Source: a virus (Duplodnaviria; Heunggongvirae; Uroviricota; Caudoviricetes). From it: a stretch of 64,000 bases of DNA. The DNA lies in IMG/VR virus record IMGVR_UViG_3300042922_001018; one strand, given 5' to 3'. The notes under the pieces were generated by a model. The model worked only from the letters and a program-made list of their open reading frames with translations. It did no database searches and was not told the origin of the DNA. Below, one piece after another: positions 1 through 10,200 of the stretch. The first letter of the stretch is position 1. Each line of letters opens with the position of its first letter. The translations under genes were made by a program, and so were the position numbers.

Positions 1-108
1 GACGGTAGCGGGGACAACGGTTTCGAGCAGCCTGACCAGGGGGACGTGGACCTTCCCGCTCCCGGTAGCACGGGCAGCACGGGTACCACGGAGACTGACT
101 CCGAGTAA
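1..108 (+). CDS. 3' end of a CDS running in from upstream (acidic, Gly/Thr-rich tail)
   Basis: Frame 1 is open from base 1 (DGSGDNGFEQPDQGDVDLPAPG...) to TAA at 106-108; next gene starts 11 nt later. Confidence 0.6.
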   Translation, partial: DGSGDNGFEQPDQGDVDLPAPGSTGSTGTTETDSE

Positions 109-119
109 CCGCGAGCCAC

Positions 120-884
120 ATGAAACTTGCAGACCCAGTGTCGGTAGACCCGACACTCCCACCATCGCGGCCAGCAATCGTCCTGGGCCTGCTTACTGAA
201 GCTCGTGTCAACGGCTGGAGCCGAGAACTCACGGCAGATATCCTTCGTGAAGGCGTCGCCCTGTACAAGCCACTCGCTAAGAGGCTAGGGTTCGCTCCCG
301 AAGAACTGATGTCCCTCCTGTGGGAGTTCTGGCAGGATGCTGTGCCCGATGATGCACTCCTCGATAACACAGCGGCATTCATCTACCGTACGCTTGCGCG
401 CGAAGCTTCGGCGCAGGTCCGCTTGACCAGTGTCGAAGGTACCCGGCGTGTCGGCGCGAAGGACTTCCTCGTTGTCGCTATTCCGGCGAATGATGCTGAT
501 GTTCCCACCGTAGGTTCCGCTGGTGAAGATGATGAGGAGCTTCCTCTATCTTCGACAGGAACGATTGCAGTTCGGCACATCCTCATCGCGGCCGGTTTGG
601 ATGAGGATGCGGCGACTGGGCTAGTCGAGGCCGTTGTTGACCAACTGGTCACGAGCAGCTCTCTTCAAGGGGCCATCAAGCAGCTCGGAAAAGACGGAGC
701 GATGGCCGGTCGTTTGGGCTTGTCGCTCGCTCAGTGGCGTGCCATCGTTGGGCTAGTATTGGGTACGCCAAGAGGCCAGCCTGGATTGTATGAACTCGTC
801 TCCAGGGGCCACCCGAACCCGAGGCGCTTGAACTACGTCAAGCGTCAGATAGCGAGACTTCTGGAGCATGACTCTACCAACTGA
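120..884 (+). CDS. hypothetical protein in the pil operon (possible divergent sigma-like regulator)
   Basis: 254 aa ORF overlapping the next gene; the segment ELMSLLWEFWQ...AAFIYRTLARE loosely recalls sigma region 2. Confidence 0.55.
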   Translation: MKLADPVSVDPTLPPSRPAIVLGLLTEARVNGWSRELTADILREGVALYKPLAKRLGFAPEELMSLLWEFWQDAVPDDALLDNTAAFIYRTLAREASAQVRLTSVEGTRRVGAKDFLVVAIPANDADVPTVGSAGEDDEELPLSSTGTIAVRHILIAAGLDEDAATGLVEAVVDQLVTSSSLQGAIKQLGKDGAMAGRLGLSLAQWRAIVGLVLGTPRGQPGLYELVSRGHPNPRRLNYVKRQIARLLEHDSTN

Positions 885-1356
885 TTTCCTGGTAGCCGTC
901 TCTGCGTGGCCTGCGCTTGGCATCATCCAGAAGGCGCACGGTGCTACGGCAGCGCGGAACCTGCACAAGTTCTTGGTGGACCTCCAGGCTTCGGAGCCTG
1001 AGCGGATGTCGGCGGAGAAGGCAGCTCTTGACGCTGTCTGGGGCGTTCCGAGTTCGCTGCCTCAGATTCGCGAGAACGTCTTCGAGATGTCTCAGCAGAT
1101 AAGCGACATCTCTCGTTGCTGGGACAAGGAGAGCCTCGCTCTTGTGGCGCCGGAGTTGCCTCTGGGCACGCGAATCGTGTGGCTTCGCCTTGCTACTCAG
1201 CTCGATGCTGTGGCCAGCGAAATCCGCGAAGTGATGGCCGATTCTTCCCGTTCTCGTGGTGCTGACGATGTGCTAAACTATAGTGGACCGTCCACGACCG
1301 TGCACGCTTCCGTGGTGGATGGCGCTCACACGGATAACCAGGGGTACTTACTATGA
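868..1356 (+). CDS. hypothetical protein
   Basis: 162 aa; overlaps both neighbours, with an ATGA coupling to pilB. Confidence 0.6.
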   Translation: MTLPTDFLVAVSAWPALGIIQKAHGATAARNLHKFLVDLQASEPERMSAEKAALDAVWGVPSSLPQIRENVFEMSQQISDISRCWDKESLALVAPELPLGTRIVWLRLATQLDAVASEIREVMADSSRSRGADDVLNYSGPSTTVHASVVDGAHTDNQGYLL

Positions 1357-2510
1357 CGGAACAAGCGATTGTCTGGCTCGACAGGCTGGTGGACATGGCC
1401 GTCGAGTATCGCATCTCCGACCTCCATCTCCGCTTCGTCGATGACAACCCTCCGACGCTTACGGTTCGTGCTCGCCGCGACGGACAGCTCGTGCAGTGGG
1501 GTGAACCTCTGGTCGGTCAGGTAGCTCGCGCTGTCACCCTCCGCATCAAGTCTCTCGCGAACGTCGGTTCAGGTCAAATCCGCAAGGCGGAGGAAGGCCG
1601 GTATCCTCACCGACTCGGTTCCGGGAAGATTCCGGAGAACACGTTCGAGAACGTGTATGAGGATGAGGTGAAGAAGCTGCCTCGGATGGAGCTTCGTCTC
1701 GCCGTGCTGCCTACGGGTCGCGGTGAGACGATGATTATGCGTCTCCCGAGCGTTTCAGCAATCCCTGCCCTCAGCGACCTCGGGTTCTCGACCCACAACT
1801 ACAACGTCCTCCAGAAGCTCTTCGGTTTCGCGAACGGGTTGACTCTGTTCGCTGGTCCGATGGGTGCTGGTAAGACGACGAGTATGTACTCGGCTCTGAC
1901 CTATCTCGGTGGCGCCGACAAGGCCGTCTACTCGGTGGAAGACCCCATCGAGCGATTCCTCGACGACGTTGAGCAAATCGAGGTCAACGAAGAGGCGGGT
2001 AACGACTACAAGTCCATCCTTCGTTCTATGCGACGAGCGGACCTTCAGGTCATGCTCCTCGGTGAGATTCGAGACCGCGACACTTCGATGGCGGCTATCC
2101 AGATTTCCATTGCTGGTGCGCGAGTCATCTCCTCCATCCACGCTAACGACTCGGTCGGCGCGATGGAGGCCATGGTGACGCTTTCTGGCGCACCGCCCCT
2201 CCAGGTTCTCCAGTCTCTCCGTGGTGTCGTGTCTCAGCGTCTTGTGAAGACGCTGTGTAAGGCGTGCAACAAGGCCGGATGCCAGGAGTGCATGGGCACC
2301 GGCTACCGCGGCCGTGCGGCCATTCACGAGGTTCTCCACATCACACCTGAGCTGTCCTCGCTGATGGTCCGAGGCGCGCCCCGTCACAAGCTGCTGGAGA
2401 TGGCGAAGGAACAGGGGATGATGGCTCTGGAAGAGGATGCGAAGCGTCTTCTCAGCCAGAACCTCACCGACTGGGACGCTGTCAACGAGGTTCTCGGCGC
2501 GGGCGAGTAA
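1353..2510 (+). CDS. pilB: PilB/GspE-family pilus extension ATPase (short, lacks the N-terminal domain)
   Basis: SDLH motif, Walker A GPMGAGKTT, VEDPIE Asp box, LLGEIRD Walker B, SSIHAND His box, tetra-Cys CKAC...CQECMGTGYRGR. Confidence 0.93.
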   Translation: MTEQAIVWLDRLVDMAVEYRISDLHLRFVDDNPPTLTVRARRDGQLVQWGEPLVGQVARAVTLRIKSLANVGSGQIRKAEEGRYPHRLGSGKIPENTFENVYEDEVKKLPRMELRLAVLPTGRGETMIMRLPSVSAIPALSDLGFSTHNYNVLQKLFGFANGLTLFAGPMGAGKTTSMYSALTYLGGADKAVYSVEDPIERFLDDVEQIEVNEEAGNDYKSILRSMRRADLQVMLLGEIRDRDTSMAAIQISIAGARVISSIHANDSVGAMEAMVTLSGAPPLQVLQSLRGVVSQRLVKTLCKACNKAGCQECMGTGYRGRAAIHEVLHITPELSSLMVRGAPRHKLLEMAKEQGMMALEEDAKRLLSQNLTDWDAVNEVLGAGE

Positions 2511-2586
2511 CCCGCGTACCGCGCTCAGTTCACAGGCCTCTCAGCGGTAGAGTATTACACGACTTCCCTAACAGAAAGACGTGTAA

Positions 2587-4125
2587 ATGTCAACTGATTC
2601 CGTATGGGGCGGTGCTCCGTCCGCCGAGGCGTTCCCGCCCCCGCAGCAGCGAGAGCCGCACCCCGTTCAGGTTCCCACACCTGTTCCCCAGCAGGCCGTC
2701 CAGCCACAGCCGCTCACCAGGGCTGAACAGCGCCAGGCCGCAGCCTCGGTCGCGGCGCCTACCCCGGTTCCGGTGCCCGTCCCGGTCCCTCAGCCAGTCG
2801 CTCCTGACGCCGCGCCGCAGGCAGCTCCCGCAGCTCCTCAGCCCGTAGCTCCCCAGCCTGTCGCCGCCGCTCCTGCTCCGGTGGCAGCCCAGCCGCCGCA
2901 GCAGGTACAGCCGCTTCAGACGGTGAAGGTCGGAGAGGCCGCAGCGCGGTTCACGGAGGCACAGCTCGGTGGTGCGCGCGTGAAGTTCGAGCACATCATC
3001 GGTGTCGCGGCCGGTATGGGTGTCTCGGACATCCACATCGTTGGCGACTCGCCTCTTCGTGTGCAGAAGGCGGGTGCTGTTGTGACCATCGACGGCATCT
3101 ACGTCACGAACCAGGAAATCCTGATGTTCGTCGAGATGTACGGCAAGCAGCGCGGTGGTGCACACGAACTGGAACACGGCCGGAAGGGAACAGTCGAGTG
3201 TATGACGCAGGTCGGCGATGTCCGACTGCGTATGACGTACGTCCGCGAGGTTCACGGATTCGGCTGCACCGCTCGTATCGTGCCGGGTGACCCGCCCAGC
3301 ATCCACAGCGGCGTATTCGAGGACAACCCGATTCCGCAGAAGCTCATCGACATCACGATGGGCACCCGTGGCGGTGGCCTCATCATCGCAGAGGGACCGA
3401 CGGGTTCTGGTAAGACGACGCTCATCGCAGCTCTGCTGCGCGAGGTGAACGACAACCTCGAACGTCACATCTACACCATCGAAGACCCCATCGAGTTCTT
3501 GCACCGCTCGAACCGTTCGCTGGTTACCCAGCGCGAGGTCGGCGAGCACGCGGAGTCCATCCCGAGCGCTCTGCGTACTTCGCTGAGGTACAAGCCGCAC
3601 ATCATTCTCGTCGGTGAGCTTCTGGACCTGGAGACGGTCAAGGGCGCTATCGAAGCGGCGAACAAGGGTCACCTCATCTTCGCGACCTCGCACGCCTCGT
3701 CGGCGGAGGAAGGCGTCTCGGCGCTGGTGAACCAGTTCCCCGGTTCCGAGCAGAAGCAGATTCAGGTGGCCCTCTCGCAGGCGTTGAAGGCGGTCGTGGT
3801 GCAGCGACTCATCCCTCGTGTCGGCGGCGGTCTCGTACCGGCTCGTGAGCTTCTGCTGAACACCATCCCGGTGGCACTGAAGATTCGCGAGGGTAGCTTC
3901 CAGCAGCTCTCCCAGGCTATGAAGCCGACGGACAACATGTTCAAGTTCGAGAACGACCTGGCGCGCCTCATCCACGAGGGTCTGGTGGATGTCGAAGACG
4001 CGAAGCAGTTCGCGAACGACCGCAAGGAGCTGTACTCCAACGTGGACATGTACGTCCGCGAGCACGGCATGGACGCTCGCGTTCGTGAGCTGTTCACGGA
4101 TGACGAGAAGGGCATCGCGCGGTAA
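2587..4125 (+). CDS. pilT: PilT-family retraction ATPase with a Pro/Gln/Ala-rich N-terminal extension
   Basis: SDIHI, GPTGSGKTT, HIYTIEDPIEFLH, QREVGEH, ALRTSLRYKPHIILVGE, ATSH, PVALKIRE (AIRNLIRE-like); no Zn motif. Confidence 0.92.
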   Translation: MSTDSVWGGAPSAEAFPPPQQREPHPVQVPTPVPQQAVQPQPLTRAEQRQAAASVAAPTPVPVPVPVPQPVAPDAAPQAAPAAPQPVAPQPVAAAPAPVAAQPPQQVQPLQTVKVGEAAARFTEAQLGGARVKFEHIIGVAAGMGVSDIHIVGDSPLRVQKAGAVVTIDGIYVTNQEILMFVEMYGKQRGGAHELEHGRKGTVECMTQVGDVRLRMTYVREVHGFGCTARIVPGDPPSIHSGVFEDNPIPQKLIDITMGTRGGGLIIAEGPTGSGKTTLIAALLREVNDNLERHIYTIEDPIEFLHRSNRSLVTQREVGEHAESIPSALRTSLRYKPHIILVGELLDLETVKGAIEAANKGHLIFATSHASSAEEGVSALVNQFPGSEQKQIQVALSQALKAVVVQRLIPRVGGGLVPARELLLNTIPVALKIREGSFQQLSQAMKPTDNMFKFENDLARLIHEGLVDVEDAKQFANDRKELYSNVDMYVREHGMDARVRELFTDDEKGIAR

Positions 4126-4140
4126 TCCCGCAGCCAGACA

Positions 4141-4189
4141 AGCAGTCTGCCCGCCACCGGCCGTTTGGTCAGGTGGCGGGCAGACTGCT
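4141..4189 (+). terminator. hairpin terminator after pilT
   Basis: 18-bp inverted repeat agcagtctgcccgccacc / ggtggcgggcagactgct. Confidence 0.75.
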
Positions 4190-4218
4190 TTAGGGAAAGT
4201 CCCTGGTATGCTGGCAGC

Positions 4219-4686
4219 ATGAACTCTTTCGCCCGTGGCTCAATCTTCGTCGTCAGCTCCATCATCGGTCTTACCGCGCTGGTCGGATGCACGTCTTCGA
4301 CCCCGGCTCCGGTAGCGACCACTGAGACACCGATTTCGAGTGGCATTTATGTGGAGGCTCTGGCGACTGCCTTCCCCTCTGCGACTGAGATTGTCGCGTC
4401 CTCCGGAGGGACCGCCCCAACACCGGAGCTGACAGTTTTCGTCACCGTCCTGCCCGAGACAGAAGTCGGCCCGGAACAGGTACGTAGCGCTGTCGATGCG
4501 GTCTGCGACGTGGATGAGGGAGCGCACCGGCTTCTCTCGCTCTCAGTGGCCCGTGAAGGGTCGGAGAGCGGCATCTTGACGCCAGAGGACTACATCGACA
4601 CAGAAGCTCTCCTGGACGCTGCATTCCCCGAGGAGGGCAAGGTCTCGGCCAGCGGCATTGTCGTGCTGGAAGAGGCTTGCGCCTGA
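4219..4686 (+). CDS. lipoprotein (leaderless)
   Basis: TATGCT-N6-ATG; signal peptide with lipobox LVGC. Confidence 0.75.
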   Translation: MNSFARGSIFVVSSIIGLTALVGCTSSTPAPVATTETPISSGIYVEALATAFPSATEIVASSGGTAPTPELTVFVTVLPETEVGPEQVRSAVDAVCDVDEGAHRLLSLSVAREGSESGILTPEDYIDTEALLDAAFPEEGKVSASGIVVLEEACA

Positions 4687-4752
4687 CCGCGCGTCCAGTT
4701 TCAATGAGTGGCCTCGGTAAACTGAACCGAGCGCCTGAACCGGAGATTTCGC

Positions 4753-5217
4753 ATGCCTTTTGAACCTGACTATGAGTCGAGCTTGTCGTACCGGCCTCCG
4801 GGCGTGAAGGAACGCAACACTGCACGTTTCGTGGGTGCCCTCCTGGTGCTCATCGCTATCGGCATTGTCGTGTGCGGCTTCTTCTTGGAGACACAGTCGG
4901 AGCCGGTCCGGTCGCAGGGGACCGAAGCGGTAGGCACGCTGGAGAGCTTCAAGTACGTCGAGAACGAGGGGTACTACGCGGAGGTGCGGTTCAACGATGC
5001 GGCCGGGAACACCCACGTAGCTACCGCTCGCGAACCGATGTTCACTCAGAGCGCACGCCTTCTGGACCAGCCGTACACAGTCTTCTACAGCGGCGGAGAG
5101 CCTCCGGCGACGTTCATTGAAGGGTTGGACCCGACGATGCCGCTGTGGCCGTTCTTCGCAGGAGGCGGCTTCGTCGGCCTCCTGGGCATCGTGTTCCTGA
5201 TGAAGCCTAAGCGGTAG
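4753..5217 (+). CDS. two-TM membrane protein, DUF3592-like
   Basis: N- and C-terminal hydrophobic helices flanking a GTEAVGT...YYAEVRF...YTVFY beta domain. Confidence 0.65.
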   Translation: MPFEPDYESSLSYRPPGVKERNTARFVGALLVLIAIGIVVCGFFLETQSEPVRSQGTEAVGTLESFKYVENEGYYAEVRFNDAAGNTHVATAREPMFTQSARLLDQPYTVFYSGGEPPATFIEGLDPTMPLWPFFAGGGFVGLLGIVFLMKPKR

Positions 5218-5264
5218 TCGAAACTTCGTTCACTCTGCGAGCACCCCTCTATTACCATGAGGGT

Positions 5265-5855
5265 ATGAAGATTCGCAAGTTTGTACCTTTGACCGGTCTT
5301 GTTCTGGCCGCGTCGTTGGGTCTTGCGGGTTGCGCTCCGTCTGAGGCTCCCGCCCCGGACACGACTGCTACAGCCCCGGTTGTTCAGACTCCGGAGGTCG
5401 GAGGAACCGTAGACGCGGCGCAGGCGGAGGGCTTGAACGGTGGCGCCGTCCCCGGTCTTCGTGCCTACGCGATGCAGGACGGTACGTTCCTCGTCGTCTC
5501 GGAGACTGAACCACTCCCCGAAGCGGTACTCGCCGACATGGAGGCGCGCGTTGCTGCTGTACCTCTTGCAACGGACACCGCGTCATCGGCGGAAGTGGAT
5601 GCCCAGCTCAGCGGGTTCGTATTCGATGCTCGGGAGCAGACTGGGAAAGACATCGTCGTCCTGACGTACTCGTGGTACCCGATTGGGGTGGACGTGGATG
5701 CTCCGACGCAGGAGCGCTGGGTCCACATGGGGGATGTCGAGGGCGTCACTGACCCCATGGGGGACATCACGATTCGTACTCGCGAAGAGTACAGGGCGAT
5801 GCTGGACGCGGCTCAGGCTAACGACCCGAACATCGTCATCATCGAACACGGGTGA
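5265..5855 (+). CDS. lipoprotein, paralog family A (1 of 3)
   Basis: Lipobox LAGC; shared motif RAYAMQDGTFLVV...PLP...TGK. Confidence 0.8.
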   Translation: MKIRKFVPLTGLVLAASLGLAGCAPSEAPAPDTTATAPVVQTPEVGGTVDAAQAEGLNGGAVPGLRAYAMQDGTFLVVSETEPLPEAVLADMEARVAAVPLATDTASSAEVDAQLSGFVFDAREQTGKDIVVLTYSWYPIGVDVDAPTQERWVHMGDVEGVTDPMGDITIRTREEYRAMLDAAQANDPNIVIIEHG

Positions 5856-6445
5856 GCGCCGTGCGTCGGCCCGCGTTCTTTGTCGTGCCTGCGATGGCCC
5901 TAGCGCTCGTCCTAACGGCCTGTGGCTCCACGGAGACGCCCGAGCCAGTTTCGTCGCCCACAGAGGCCGTCAGCGGCTCCCAGGAGCCTTCTGTCGGTGA
6001 TGTGGTCGTGCCAGAGCCGGGAGCGACACAAGTCCCCTCCTGGTCTCAGGAACCTCGGCCATACCCGATGCGCGATGGGACGTTCGTTCTGGTCGCTCCC
6101 GGTGTCCCGCTTCCTGAGTCTGCCCGGCTGGACATGGAAGCTCGCGTCGCGGCCGTAACGCCTGCGACGCTGGAGGATAGCCCGGAAGTGGTGGACGCTG
6201 TCTTCTCGAACTTCTCTCGTCTTGCACAGACGCTACGTAGCGAGACCGGCCGGGCGGTGGTCATCATCGCGCACACCGTCTTGCCTTCGACAGGGCGTGA
6301 CCGATGGGTCCATTTCGGTGGGACGGCTCGTGAGAACATCCCTGCTCCGGAGTCTCTGACGGGTACTGAAGTTACCGTGGAAGAGTACCAGGAGAAGGTC
6401 TTCGAGCGCTCGAATGAGGACTATTTCGACGTGTTCATTCGATGA
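5852..6445 (+). CDS. lipoprotein, paralog family A (2 of 3)
   Basis: Lipobox LTAC; RPYPMRDGTFVLV...PLP...TGR. Confidence 0.8.
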   Translation: MSAVRRPAFFVVPAMALALVLTACGSTETPEPVSSPTEAVSGSQEPSVGDVVVPEPGATQVPSWSQEPRPYPMRDGTFVLVAPGVPLPESARLDMEARVAAVTPATLEDSPEVVDAVFSNFSRLAQTLRSETGRAVVIIAHTVLPSTGRDRWVHFGGTARENIPAPESLTGTEVTVEEYQEKVFERSNEDYFDVFIR

Positions 6446-6504
6446 GTGCGAACCGTACCATACTCGCGCTCACTGCGCAACTACCCCGCCGCTAACATAG
6501 GGGT

Positions 6505-7140
6505 ATGTCTAAGAAGAATCGCTTGGGTGGCCTGCTTGCGGTGCCCCTCGTTACCATCCTCCTGATTACGGGGTGCTCCGTCGGTTCGCCTGAACCTACC
6601 GAGACGCCGAACCCGTCTCCGAGCATTTCCGCGCCCGCCGACCCCACGGCCGCGCCCGAGCCGACGGAGCCACCAGCGCCCGCCCCGGAGGAGACTGCGG
6701 GTGCTGTCGTTGACGCTGCGACGGCCAGTGAGCTGAACTCGGAGAAGAACGGACAGTTCCGCGGCTACCCGATGCCGGATGGCTCCTACGTCGTCGTTGA
6801 CAAGACCGCTCCGCTCCCGGCCCCCGTCCAGCAGGACATCCACAACAAGGGGACGAACCACGCGAACACCTACACGGTGGACGACGGCACAAACGCCTTC
6901 CTTCAGGAACGTCAGAAGATGATTAACGAAGTCCAGACGAACACGGGAAAGCGTGCGGTTGCGCTTCTCCGTATGACCGGCTACGACTTCAACGAGAACC
7001 TCGTGACGAAGTATTTCTTCAACGGCCCGTATCAGCCTGACACGGCCTTCGGCTCAGCCGCTGAGGCTCAGGCTGCCGCCGAGGCGTGGATTGCTTCCCA
7101 GGAGAACCCGAACAACTACGTTCTCATCCTTCCGGAGTAA
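6505..7140 (+). CDS. lipoprotein, paralog family A (3 of 3)
   Basis: Lipobox ITGC; RGYPMPDGSYVVV...PLP...TGK. Confidence 0.8.
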   Translation: MSKKNRLGGLLAVPLVTILLITGCSVGSPEPTETPNPSPSISAPADPTAAPEPTEPPAPAPEETAGAVVDAATASELNSEKNGQFRGYPMPDGSYVVVDKTAPLPAPVQQDIHNKGTNHANTYTVDDGTNAFLQERQKMINEVQTNTGKRAVALLRMTGYDFNENLVTKYFFNGPYQPDTAFGSAAEAQAAAEAWIASQENPNNYVLILPE

Positions 7141-7141
7141 G

Positions 7142-7200
7142 AGCCGCGGCAACAAGAAAGGCACCCACGCGATGTGGGTGCCTTTCTTGTTGCCGCGGCT
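7142..7200. terminator. 27-bp perfect hairpin at the convergence of two transcription units
   Basis: agccgcggcaacaagaaaggcacccac-gcgat-gtgggtgcctttcttgttgccgcggct. Confidence 0.8.
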
Positions 7201-7234
7201 GGGGCTTGCACAGGAACCGCTGCCGACTAACGGT

Positions 7235-7280
7235 GCATGAGTGAGGGCCGGAGGCATCTCGCCCCGGCCCTCACTCATGC
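7235..7280 (-). terminator. hairpin terminator of the large pilin-adhesin gene
   Basis: gcatgagtgagggccgg / ccggccctcactcatgc just past the stop codon. Confidence 0.75.
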
Positions 7281-7284
7281 GTGC

Positions 7285-10200
7285 TTAGAAGCAGCCCATG
7301 TTCACTCGGTCGATACCGGTCGGCACGCTCGTAGCGCCAGTGGTGAACCAGCCGCTAGAACCCCAGCCGTTAGTAGCCTGGGACTGAGCCTGCTTGCTAG
7401 AGGCGCCGTCGAAGCAACCAATCTGAGTGGCCCATCCGGTCCAGGTACCACCGTTACGGGGTACCGTTCCCTGGATACGAACGCTGTTGTTGTATCCGTT
7501 CGCGTTCGCACCACCCGAGCCGTTGAAGCGGAGGGTGTTGACGACGTACCCACCGTAGTCGGTACCACCGAGAGCGGCCATGTACGAGCCGTCGTAGGAG
7601 CCGCCGGTCGGGGTGCCGGGGTAGGGAGGAACCTCCCAGTTGGCGCCGACTCGAACCGAACGGTCCTGCCATCCGGTGCCGACACCAGCGCCGCGAGTAC
7701 CGTTGTCGTTGGCTGCGCAGTAGACGGAAGCGCCGAAGCTACGGGTGACCCAACCGCTGTAGTAGGTTCCAGCGCTGCTGGAGCTGCGGCTTGCCGAAGC
7801 GCTCTGCGAGGTCGGGCTGGCCCAGTCCACCTGAGTGTTGGTGCCCGCCGGGCATCCGCCACCGGCCGAAGCGCTCCACGAGCCGCTCGTCGAGACGGTG
7901 GTACCCGTGTAGACGGTGCCGCGCCAGGTGTCCACGTTCGACCCAGAGACGTTCAGGTAGACGCCACCCGGTGCGGGCGGGATTTCAGCCTGGACGCCGC
8001 CGGTCTGGCGGAACTCGACACCGGAGTTGGCGAAGACGCCGACGCAGATGTAGTTGGCCGAGCTGCCGTACCAGTTCGCCCACGTTGCCGTGATGTTGCC
8101 GGTGCGGAAGCCGTTGCCGCTGTTCGGGTTGAACCAGCCCTGCCAGACACCCGTGTTGCCACCAGCGCCGTCGTTACGCCACTGGTACTGGATGCCTACG
8201 GTGCTGGCCGAGCAGTTCGCCTCGATGCCGACAGAACGCTGCGTGCCGTTCGGCACACCGCTCCAGAACGGCTGCTCCAGGTACATGCCAGTCGGGTTCT
8301 CGACGTTGCGGACCGTTTCGCGGTGCTCTACGGCGCTAGCCGGACCCTTGTTGTTCAGGCTGTCCTGAGTGTAGGGGTCGATGCAGCGGTGCTGAACGTC
8401 CACGTCGAGACGGTGTCCCTGAGCGACGTTGTACAGTACGGCCAGGTGGCGGTTGTCACCCAAGTTGCGCGGCGACGTGCCAGCGAGAACCGGGAGGGTG
8501 GTGTTCTGGCGCGTGTTGTTGATGTAACGCTCACGACCAGCCGTGTCACCCCAGGTGCTCCAGCCGCTCCAGGCGTTACCGGCACCCGTGGTGTTGATGC
8601 GGTAGCGGAAGCGGGACTCGCCCCACTGTCCGGCGCCGGAGCAGTTCTCGTAGGTGAAGACGTTGTCGAGGGTGGTCGAGTTGCCGCTTCCGCCCTGGTC
8701 AACACGGATGCGCTCAGCGGTGGCCGTGTTGTTGACGACCGGGTAGTTGACTCGGATGAGTCCCTGGCCCGGACCGGGAACGGTCGAGAGCGCTTCGAGC
8801 GGGTTGGTGATGGAGGCGTCGCGGTCAGGTCCGTCACAGACGGCGTAGCCGACGTAGCTCGCGTCGTAGAAGTTCGCGCGAGCCTTCGGAGCGGTGTGGC
8901 TGACCGACAGGTTGTTCCAGCGGGTCGGCTCCGAGCGCTTGTCCGTCTCGAAGGTGGACCAACCGCTGTTGAACCAGGCGCGACCAGCGTTCTGGAGGGC
9001 GTTGTTGGTACCGGTCATCGCGTAACGGATGGTCGTACCTGCGGGGCAGGACGAGTTGCCACCGATGGTGACGTTGTACTCAATGTCCATCGGAGTGGTG
9101 GACGGAGCGGCCAGGGTGATGTTACCGCTGGGGAGCGGCAGGTTGGTCGTCCACGTGGTGCTACGGGTCGGGGAAGGGTCCGAGGCCAGGTACGGGGAGA
9201 TGCAGCGTGCTACGGCCTCCCAGACGTAGTAGCGGCCCCATGCGGTGTCCACGTTGTAGAACGGTCCACCGACCGGCGAGGCAGCCCACGTCGTCCATGC
9301 ACCGGTCGGCGCAGGCGTGGTCTGACGGTAGCGGTACTCCGCCGTGGTGCCAGCCGGGCAGACAGCCGCGTCGTGGATGATGCGGTTGTTGATAGGCTCA
9401 GCGGTGCCCTGGTCGTTGGTCGTGAGGTTGGTCAGACCCGGCGGGGCCGGGATGGGACGAATCCACGTCTCGGTGTTGGTCGGGGACTCCGGACCCTGAG
9501 CGTAAGGGGAGACACAGCGTGCCTTCACTTCGATTTCGATGCGTCCACCGCGAAGGATGGCGATGAGGGCGCTCGTGTCACCGCTCCACGAAGTGAATGA
9601 GGTGTACGAAGTCGCCTCGTTCAGGCGGTAGCGGTAGCTGTACTCGGGAGTCGTGCCAGCGGGGCAACCCGTGGTGACGAAGTTCGCGGGTACCGGGTCA
9701 GCGTCGGCCGAAGGGTCGGTGAACGTGACGGTCGGCGTCGCCGGTACCGTCACGATGGGGCGAATCCACTGTGCCGTGTTGCGCGCGGCCTGAGTCGGCG
9801 AGAACTGAGTCGCGTTGTATGCACAACGGACCTGAGCGTTGACCTGGATGCGGGCACCCTCGGCGACGTTCGTCGTCATCACACGCGTGGTGCCCCAGGT
9901 GGTCCATGCGCTCCATGCGGAAGTACCGAAGCGGTAGCGCTGCTGGTACTGGCCGCTGGTGCCAGCGGGGCATGTGATAGCGGAGACAGTCGTCTGGTAG
10001 GAAGCCGTCGTCGGGTTAGTGCCCGTGATGGTCGGCGCCGCAATCGGGGGCCATGGTGTCTGGATGGTGACGATGTTCGACGGGTTGGACTCCACCGGAG
10101 GGAGCACGGCGATGGCACGGTAACGGTGGTTCTGACCGTAGGTCGAACCAGTGTCGAAGGTGAGCTGTGCGGTTACGCCGTCCTTCGGGTTCGGCGAGAT

